IMG/VR virus record: IMGVR_UViG_3300047399_000093 | Location: 1 to 38,685 of that record | From: a virus | Taxonomy: Duplodnaviria; Caudoviricetes | Strand: one strand, 5' to 3' | Length of the DNA stretch: 38,685 nt | Shown here: positions 18,568 to 24,915 of the stretch, one piece after another | Layout of the letters: the number at the start of each line of letters is the position of its first letter | Numbering within the stretch: position 1 is the stretch's first letter | The notes under the pieces: generated by a model | The model's database searches: none | Told to the model about the DNA's origin: nothing | Seen by the model: the letters and a program-made list of their open reading frames with translations, nothing else | Translations under genes and position numbers: made by a program

Positions 18568-19821
18568 CTAAGCCAGATCTGGAGTCTCGGCGAACGTCTG
18601 CCGCCAGCCCTGCCGGCGGTAGACCATCAACCGATCTCCGTTGTCATCAAGCAGCGGAATGATCTTGTCATTTTCGACCACGCACGCATGCGCGAACCTA
18701 CTGAAGCTCGTTGGGCCCAGGCTCTTGCAGAACAAGTCGTCGTTCCACATGATCCGCCAGAAGCCCTCGACGTCCTGCTTTGGCAGCCGGCCATCCGGCA
18801 GCGGCTTCACGATCGCCCGGTAATGTTTCGCCCGCTTGTGCCGCAGCGGTTCTGACCAATCGAGTTCGGGCAGCGGCGCCAGGATCGACTGTGCCTCCGC
18901 TCGGGTGACGACCAGGCAATCATTCTCGTCGGCAGCCTGCAGGTGTGGATCAAGCTCGTTGATCAACTGGTGCCAGTACGGCATCGGCCGCTCGTAGACC
19001 TCATGCCACGGCTTGAAGAACCTGGTGGGCGCCTCATACGACGTCGAGAACACCTGCAGCCCGATGCCCTGCGCATAGACCAGCGCCGCATCTCCATGGG
19101 CGATGTCGCTCTTGCTGCCCTTCTCTCCACGCGCTCGGATGAAATCCTCCCCCAGCCGATCCCGTGCCTTCTTACTCAGATTGCCCTTGAAGCTCTTGCT
19201 GAAGTACGGCACCTCGATCCACACGCCCCACACGCCCTTCGCCTTCAACAGATCAAGCAGCGGCTCGAACTGCGGCATCCACTCGGCTGTCAGCGGATTC
19301 ACTCCCACCGTCACCACATGCCCGGCCTCAATCAGCTGATCAACCAGCTCCAGCCGGCTCCCGATGCTCGGCGCATGGGGCTCCACTCGCCGCCGCACCT
19401 CGTCATCGAGCATCGGGATGCTCACGTACCAGACGGCCCGGGGCGTCTCGCGAATGATCCGCTCCTGGATCCGCAGGTGCGCCTTGTGCGCTCCCCGCGT
19501 CTGCCACGTCAGCGGGATGCCCAGCTCCACGCACAGCTCCCAAATCGGCTCAAACTGCACCGCGTTGGTGCCAGCCAACGGGTCCACATGATTGCTCACC
19601 AGCATCGGCACCCGCGCCTGCATCAGCCGCGCTTCACGGCTTCGCCGCTGATGGTGCTCCGAGAGCAGGCCCACGATTCCCCGAATGTCTGCCCGCCGGT
19701 CCGGCTTAAACAGGTTCGCGAAGCAGTACGTGCAGGCATGCCCACACCAGTTCATGCTCAGCTCCAGTCCGGCGGGACTGGTAAGGAACTCCCCCGCGTA
19801 GGCCCGGATCCCATCACCCAT
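18568..19821 (-). CDS. Radical SAM enzyme (spore photoproduct lyase-like branch)
   Basis: CGHACTYC (CxxxCxxC) near the N-terminus, VSNHVDPL, VSIPMLDDEVRRRVEPHAPSIGSRL. Confidence 0.88.
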   Translation of the reverse strand: MGDGIRAYAGEFLTSPAGLELSMNWCGHACTYCFANLFKPDRRADIRGIVGLLSEHHQRRSREARLMQARVPMLVSNHVDPLAGTNAVQFEPIWELCVELGIPLTWQTRGAHKAHLRIQERIIRETPRAVWYVSIPMLDDEVRRRVEPHAPSIGSRLELVDQLIEAGHVVTVGVNPLTAEWMPQFEPLLDLLKAKGVWGVWIEVPYFSKSFKGNLSKKARDRLGEDFIRARGEKGSKSDIAHGDAALVYAQGIGLQVFSTSYEAPTRFFKPWHEVYERPMPYWHQLINELDPHLQAADENDCLVVTRAEAQSILAPLPELDWSEPLRHKRAKHYRAIVKPLPDGRLPKQDVEGFWRIMWNDDLFCKSLGPTSFSRFAHACVVENDKIIPLLDDNGDRLMVYRRQGWRQTFAETPDLA

Positions 19822-20425
19822 GGCGCACCTCCCCGAGGAAGTCGCCGACCAATTTCCAGAACGCAGTCTTGTCCTTGCTGTAGCCCAACTCCGCTTTCGC
19901 TTTGCGCCACTGCACCATCTCCTCCGGTGTGAGCACGATCGCCAGGGCCACCCCGCGGTCGATCACATCGTCGCCGCTGTCATCTTCATCCTCGGCGCCG
20001 TCGAACTCACCACCAAGCAGCTTGCTCAGCTCGTCGACATCGAAGCCCAGCAGGTCCACGTCGAAGCCGCCGACCTGGAGCGCTTCCACCTCGGCCTCAA
20101 GGATGCTCAGATCCCAGCCGGACTGCAGCGCCAGCTGATTGTCCGCGATGACGTAGGCACGGCGCTGCGCTTCCGTGAGGTGGCCCAGCACGATCACCGG
20201 CACCTCGGGCAGGCCCAGCTTCTGGGCTGCCGCCAGCCGGCAGTGACCGGCGATCAGCACGCCGTCCGCATCGACCAGCAGGGGGCTGGTGAAGCCGAAC
20301 TCCAGGATGCTCGCGGCCACCGCATCGACCTGCGATGCCGTGTGGGTCCTGGCGTTCCGGCTGTACTTCCGCAGCCGCTCCGTTGGCCAGCGCTCAACCT
20401 TCTCGGGGATGTGGGGGGTTGTCAT
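19814..20425 (-). CDS. ParB/Srx-like N-terminal domain protein
   Basis: RNARTH..Q...ASILEFGFTSPLLVD...AGHCRL.AA..LGL..VPV...QRRAYVIADN. Confidence 0.92.
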   Translation of the reverse strand: MTTPHIPEKVERWPTERLRKYSRNARTHTASQVDAVAASILEFGFTSPLLVDADGVLIAGHCRLAAAQKLGLPEVPVIVLGHLTEAQRRAYVIADNQLALQSGWDLSILEAEVEALQVGGFDVDLLGFDVDELSKLLGGEFDGAEDEDDSGDDVIDRGVALAIVLTPEEMVQWRKAKAELGYSKDKTAFWKLVGDFLGEVRHG

Positions 20426-20444
20426 GGCGCAAAGGGTAGGACCG

Positions 20445-20963
20445 TCACCCCTTCCCCGGCACCCAGGCCCGGTTCAGCCCGCGGCCACGGCCCACCTGCG
20501 CCGGCATCCCCGCGCGGTTCACTAGCCGCTGCACCTCCTCGCGCTCCATCCCAAGGCGCTTCTGGATCGTGCGCTCTGGCACGCCCTCATCCACCATCCG
20601 CCGCACGATGTCCGCCATCCGCAGCACCGCATGCGTGCCCCGGGCTCGGTTGTGCCTGATCGTGCTCATCATCCGGTGCACCGGATCCAGACGCACCTGC
20701 ACAGTAGGCACCAGGCCGCCTGTCAGGCCAGCCACCCTCTGGTCCGTGCTCACCGTCCAGCGGTGGAAGCCATCAACGATCACGAACTTCCCGTCCGCCT
20801 CCGGCAGTGTCACGATCGGACAGGTCCACCCGTCTTCGAGGATGCTCACGATCAGCAGCTCCAGCTCGGGCGGCGCCACGTGGTTCGGGTTGTAGGCGTT
20901 GCCCACCAGGCGGTCGCGCGGCAGCCACCGCACCCGCGACACCGGCTGCTCATCCACGCTCAC
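20445..20963 (-). CDS. ibrB: IbrB/YbdM-like ParB domain protein
   Basis: GTG start overlapping the ibrA-like stop; NAYNPNHVAPPELELL..SI.EDGWTCPIV, IVDGFHR, STIRHNRARGTH, LGMEREEV.RL. Confidence 0.88.
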   Translation of the reverse strand: MSVDEQPVSRVRWLPRDRLVGNAYNPNHVAPPELELLIVSILEDGWTCPIVTLPEADGKFVIVDGFHRWTVSTDQRVAGLTGGLVPTVQVRLDPVHRMMSTIRHNRARGTHAVLRMADIVRRMVDEGVPERTIQKRLGMEREEVQRLVNRAGMPAQVGRGRGLNRAWVPGKG

Positions 20964-22132
20964 CGCTTCACCTCCAGCGCCTTCACCTGCTCGAACGTCA
21001 GGCCCTTCCGCGCCGCTGCCGTGATCGCACGCTGAATCAGCTGCCCCTTCTTCCGGCCCTTCAGGTCGCCGCGGCTCACCATCTGGCACACGTACCGCCA
21101 GCTCAGGCCCGTCATCACGTCGTCCTCCTCCTCGGGGATCGGCCGCGCTGTCTTCTTCCGGTGCATCCGCACCACCTGGGCCACACTCCGCGCGATCTCC
21201 GCACGCTCCTTGGCCGGGTAGAGCTCCAGCAGGCTCATCGCCCAGTCCTTCCAGCTCATCCCCGCCGGCGGCTCCTTCAGCTTCGCCCCATAGAGGTCCG
21301 TCCTGGCGTATCGGCCCGCCGTGTTCACGCCCTCCACGCGCCGCAGCATCCGGTCCCACAGCTCTGGCCAGCCCTCCGGATACTTCCACAACCCACCCAG
21401 CGGCTCCTCGCCGAACGGCGGTGTCACCCGCTGCACCCCGACACTCGTCCCCATCAGGGCCTGCACGTCATAGGCCCGGTTGTAGTCCCAGCCCTCGCGC
21501 GCCGCGGCCACCCACACATCCTCCGCACGCCAGTCGTAGATCGGCTTGCAGTTCGTGTAGTACCCCTGGCGCGGCTCCGCGATGTAGTTGTCGCGCTCCT
21601 TCTTCGTCACGGTCTGCAGCCGCCGCGGACTCTCCTGCGCGCGGATCCCCGTCAGGTCTGCCACCGTCCCGCACTCCGGCCCGAACAGCACCGGGCCCAC
21701 ATCGTCGAGCTGCATCCCCATCCGAAACCGCGGCACGTCCCGCAGCGTCACCACACCCGCCGGCATCGGCCGCACCCACCGGTCGCGCGCCGCCTCGTCC
21801 CAGCAGTTCCACCACGGCTGGTTCCTCGCGCACGCATTCCTGTGCCGGATCGGCAGGCAGCACCACAGCAGCCGCACATCCTCACGGCCACGCACCCGCT
21901 CCACATACTCGACCGTCTCGGGGTAGATCGCTTCCTCGTCCACGAAGTAGACGTCCAGCGGCAGCCGGCCCCGCTCGCGCGCCACCTGGGCCGTCAGGTT
22001 CAGCACCACCGTGCTGTCCTTCCCGCCGCTGAAGCTCACCACCACCCGATCGAACAGGTCGTAGATCCGCCGCACCCTTCCCAGCGCCGCGGCCATCACG
22101 TCCTGCTCCACCTCCACCTTGCGGAGGGTCAT
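20960..22132 (-). CDS. ibrA: IbrA/YbdN-like PP-loop (PAPS reductase family, DUF3440) protein
   Basis: SFSGGKDS PP-loop, WCCLP..RNA, W.CWD, GIRAQES.RR, PIYDW..EDVW, YNRAYD, QRV.PPFG. Confidence 0.92.
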   Translation of the reverse strand: MTLRKVEVEQDVMAAALGRVRRIYDLFDRVVVSFSGGKDSTVVLNLTAQVARERGRLPLDVYFVDEEAIYPETVEYVERVRGREDVRLLWCCLPIRHRNACARNQPWWNCWDEAARDRWVRPMPAGVVTLRDVPRFRMGMQLDDVGPVLFGPECGTVADLTGIRAQESPRRLQTVTKKERDNYIAEPRQGYYTNCKPIYDWRAEDVWVAAAREGWDYNRAYDVQALMGTSVGVQRVTPPFGEEPLGGLWKYPEGWPELWDRMLRRVEGVNTAGRYARTDLYGAKLKEPPAGMSWKDWAMSLLELYPAKERAEIARSVAQVVRMHRKKTARPIPEEEDDVMTGLSWRYVCQMVSRGDLKGRKKGQLIQRAITAAARKGLTFEQVKALEVKR

Positions 22133-22860
22133 CGCGTCCTGAACTCCGCCCGCTCCGGCGCCGCCGCGCTCACCCCCTCGATGATCGTCCTCGTCAGCAT
22201 CGGGTGCTGCTCATCCGTCGGCCCGCAGTCCGAGTCCGGGTGCCACGCCACCACCACCATGCTCTCGTCCGGCTCCGTCCTGAACCGGTGCTCGCCGTCC
22301 GCATGGATCACGAACACCATCCCTGGCAGCAGCGGCTGGCGGCCCTCGCGCGTCACGCACTGCCCACGGCCGCGCAGCACCACGCCAATCCGCACGCTCG
22401 GGTGCGTGTGCATCGTCTGCTCCGTGCCGCCCGGGAACCACAGCCCGTTCAGGCATGGATCCCCCAGCTTCACCGGCGGCACCAGCAGCGTGTCCGTGCA
22501 GCCGTCGATGTACCGCAACCGGCCCTGGGCCTCCACCGGCCCGCCCACCGCGAACATCCCGCGCCATCCGGCCTGAGTGATCACGATCCCCTCCGGCAGG
22601 CCATCAGGATCCCGCACCGGATAGACCGCTGCCTTCCCCGGCACCGACGCATACATGCCCGGCCGCAGCCGGTACCGGTCGCCCTCCCACGGCTCGACCC
22701 ACAGGCCGCCATGGATGCAGAACACGAACGACGTCGCCGCCTCCTCGCCCTGCAGCAGCTGCCCGCCACTCAGCAGCCCGTAGACCCGCGTGCCGCTCCC
22801 CTCCAGATCCAGCAGGAGGCAACTCCGCAGCTTCAGTCCCTCAAACGCCCGATCGACCAT
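22129..22860 (-). CDS. Cupin (bicupin-like) domain protein
   Basis: QTMHTHPSVRIGVVLRGRG...L.PGMVFVIHADGEHRF metal-binding cupin motifs; a second degenerate cupin lies at the N-terminus. Confidence 0.85.
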   Translation of the reverse strand: MVDRAFEGLKLRSCLLLDLEGSGTRVYGLLSGGQLLQGEEAATSFVFCIHGGLWVEPWEGDRYRLRPGMYASVPGKAAVYPVRDPDGLPEGIVITQAGWRGMFAVGGPVEAQGRLRYIDGCTDTLLVPPVKLGDPCLNGLWFPGGTEQTMHTHPSVRIGVVLRGRGQCVTREGRQPLLPGMVFVIHADGEHRFRTEPDESMVVVAWHPDSDCGPTDEQHPMLTRTIIEGVSAAAPERAEFRTR

Positions 22861-23572
22861 CCATCCATTCCCTGCAGATTGCCACCAACGCCTCCGGTGT
22901 GCCCTCCAGGCCCCACCGCTCCTTCGCCATTCGCACCGCGGCCAGCAGCGACTCCCGGTCATCCCACAGCAGGTTCACGCTGAAGACGTGCCGCTCCTCC
23001 ACCTCGCCGCTCTCGGCCGTGGCGTCCGCATCGTCGTCGTCCTCACCGGCGGGCCCCAGGCCCAGGGCCTCCTGCCGCTCTGGTTCCACCCGTTCAGTCC
23101 CGGCCGCTGCCGCCACGCCCTCGAACGATCCCAGGTCCAGATCATCCTGCAGCCGCGCCAGCGCATCGTCGCTCCAGCCCAGCGCATCAAGGTCGAAGTC
23201 CTCCACCCGCAGCGCTTCGAGCTCCGCCTGCAGCACGCTCATGTCCCACCCGGCGTTCTCTGCCAGGCGGTTGTCTGCGATCACATAGGCCCGCCGCTGC
23301 TCAGGCGTCAGGTGGTCGAGCACCACCACCGGCACCTGGGCCAGCCCGAGCCGGCGCGCGGCCTCCAGGCGCCCATGGCCGGCCAGGATCCCGTCCTGCC
23401 CATCCACCAGGATCGGCGCCGTGAAGCCGAACTCCTGCAGGCTCGCCACCAGCTGGCGCAGCTGCTGCTCGGAATGGGTGCGTGCGTTGCGCTCGAATGG
23501 CTTCAGCCGCTCCAGCGGCCATAGCTCCAATCGTGACGCCATCGTCGGCGCCTGGCTCTTGCGTTTCGTCAT
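22841..23572 (-). CDS. ParB/Srx-like N-terminal domain protein (paralogue of 19814-20425)
   Basis: RNARTHS..Q...ASLQEFGFTAPILVD...AGHGRL.AA..LGL..VPV...QRRAYVIADN. Confidence 0.92.
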   Translation of the reverse strand: MTKRKSQAPTMASRLELWPLERLKPFERNARTHSEQQLRQLVASLQEFGFTAPILVDGQDGILAGHGRLEAARRLGLAQVPVVVLDHLTPEQRRAYVIADNRLAENAGWDMSVLQAELEALRVEDFDLDALGWSDDALARLQDDLDLGSFEGVAAAAGTERVEPERQEALGLGPAGEDDDDADATAESGEVEERHVFSVNLLWDDRESLLAAVRMAKERWGLEGTPEALVAICREWMDGRSGV

Positions 23573-23659
23573 GGCGTCATCAGACCACAGCAGGGCCAGT
23601 GGCGGAACCTGACGGAACATCCTCCGGCTTCCGGCGTGATCAGAAAACGGCGGATTTTT

Positions 23660-23912
23660 AGTTGAGAATCCCGGCTTACTATTGAGAAATCCAGTTGCCG
23701 CAATGGATTTCGGGGAAGCAGTCGAAACAAGCTCTGGCTCTCAGCAATGCAGCCACTATTGAGAAACCCAGTCATAGCAAGGGATTTGGAACCCAGATTA
23801 GAACCTGGCTCTAGCCGAAATTTGGGGCATGGATGCGCGCAGTGGGTTTTCCACAGGAGGAACCAAGGGGGTGCCGGAGGGGGTACTGGAAGTTCCGATC
23901 GAAGTTCCGATC
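23660..23912 (-). other. Putative cos/packaging initiation region
   Basis: Non-coding, AT-richer gap upstream of the ParB-terminase operon; cosQ-like GGTTCCT on the minus strand at 23858-23864; direct repeats ACTATTGAGAAAYCCAGT (23678, 23755) and GAAGTTCCGATC x2 (23889-23912). Confidence 0.55.
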
Positions 23913-23999
23913 AGAGGAGCGCCAGCTGACCGACGTGGGCGTGGTGCTTGCCGAGGGTAGTGAGGATGAAGCGCCAGCGTGCGTGAACAGGTCATGTGA

Positions 24000-24620
24000 T
24001 CAGCGCGCTCCGCCAAAGCCCCTGTCAATGGCGCCCAGCTTGCGAAGAATGCCTGTTTCCAGTCGCTCCCGAACACGCTGCTCGACAGCTGCCTGAATGC
24101 GGTCCTTGTGCTTTCCTCCTAGGTAGATGGAGGCCACAGATAGGCCAAAGACAAACTGCATGCCTTGACGGGGCTTGCGGCGCTTTTCTCGGTTGTTGTC
24201 ATACATGTAAGAACGGTTGAGAGCAGGCTTAAAGGCCAGCTTGCCTCTGCCTCCTTGAGCTCTAACGGTTTGGAGGTAGCCGGAACGAATCAAAGTCCGC
24301 TCGCCTTTATATATAGCAAGAATCAACCCCTTTTTTGTTGAACGTGGCTTGAATCGGTTAGCAGAAACGGGTTTGGTGCTTGCTTCAATAATTGCCGTCA
24401 ATTCTTTGACGGTTACAAAAAGGTCATCCTTGATTCGCTGTGATGGGATGGGGACGCCAGCGGCTTTGAGCTCTCGTGCCATGACGGTCTTCCCGGATCT
24501 GGCGGCGTAACCGACGCCATATGCGATGGCTCTTGGGATGTCGTTGCTCGAAAGCCTGGAGAGCATCTGAGCCAGCTTGGTGTCCCCAGTGATCTGAGCG
24601 CTGATGTCGATGCGTGCCAT
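24000..24620 (-). CDS. Lambda gpZ-like minor tail/tail completion protein
   Basis: Basic 206-aa protein (IPRAIAYGVGYAARSGKT...RIKDDL...FGLSVASI); CAGGAG RBS; position before cos as in lambda-like prophages. Confidence 0.6.
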   Translation of the reverse strand: MARIDISAQITGDTKLAQMLSRLSSNDIPRAIAYGVGYAARSGKTVMARELKAAGVPIPSQRIKDDLFVTVKELTAIIEASTKPVSANRFKPRSTKKGLILAIYKGERTLIRSGYLQTVRAQGGRGKLAFKPALNRSYMYDNNREKRRKPRQGMQFVFGLSVASIYLGGKHKDRIQAAVEQRVRERLETGILRKLGAIDRGFGGAR

Positions 24621-24660
24621 GGGTTTCTCCTGTGGGTCCAGTGTGGCGGGCTTGATGGGC

Positions 24661-24915
24661 TTCCAACCATGCCAACCTGCCAACCGAGGTTCATACGTGG
24701 GCTCGCGGGCCCGGAATCGGCCCTATCCCCCCCTTCTATTACTACTCTCCCTTTTAGGTTGGATGGTTAGAAAGGATAGAAGACCCGTTGGCATGACTGG
24801 GATCTGACCTTTCCAACCTGCCTCAGCGAGGTTGGAAAAAGACCCATTTGAGGCGGCCATCGACGGTGGCGCGGCGCTTCGACCATCCAACCTCGCGCAT
24901 GATGCTTCCAACCTG
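24661..24915. repeat. Cluster of CCAACC/GGTTGG repeats (iteron-like; putative replication origin)
   Basis: Three CCAACC in 24663-24685, GGTTGGATGGTTAG ~24757, TTCCAACCTG 24811 and 24906, GAGGTTGGAA 24828, ATCCAACCT ~24885. Confidence 0.6.

Noticed and set aside
17689-23572. Complete 7-deazaguanine or Dnd phosphorothioation pathway
   Set aside because: No folE/queC/queD/dpdA and no dndA/D/E are recognisable; only a related fold and degenerate remnants are present
19814-23572. ParABS plasmid-prophage partition system
   Set aside because: No ParA ATPase is present, the ParBs lack the HTH of partition ParB, and the phage has an integrase
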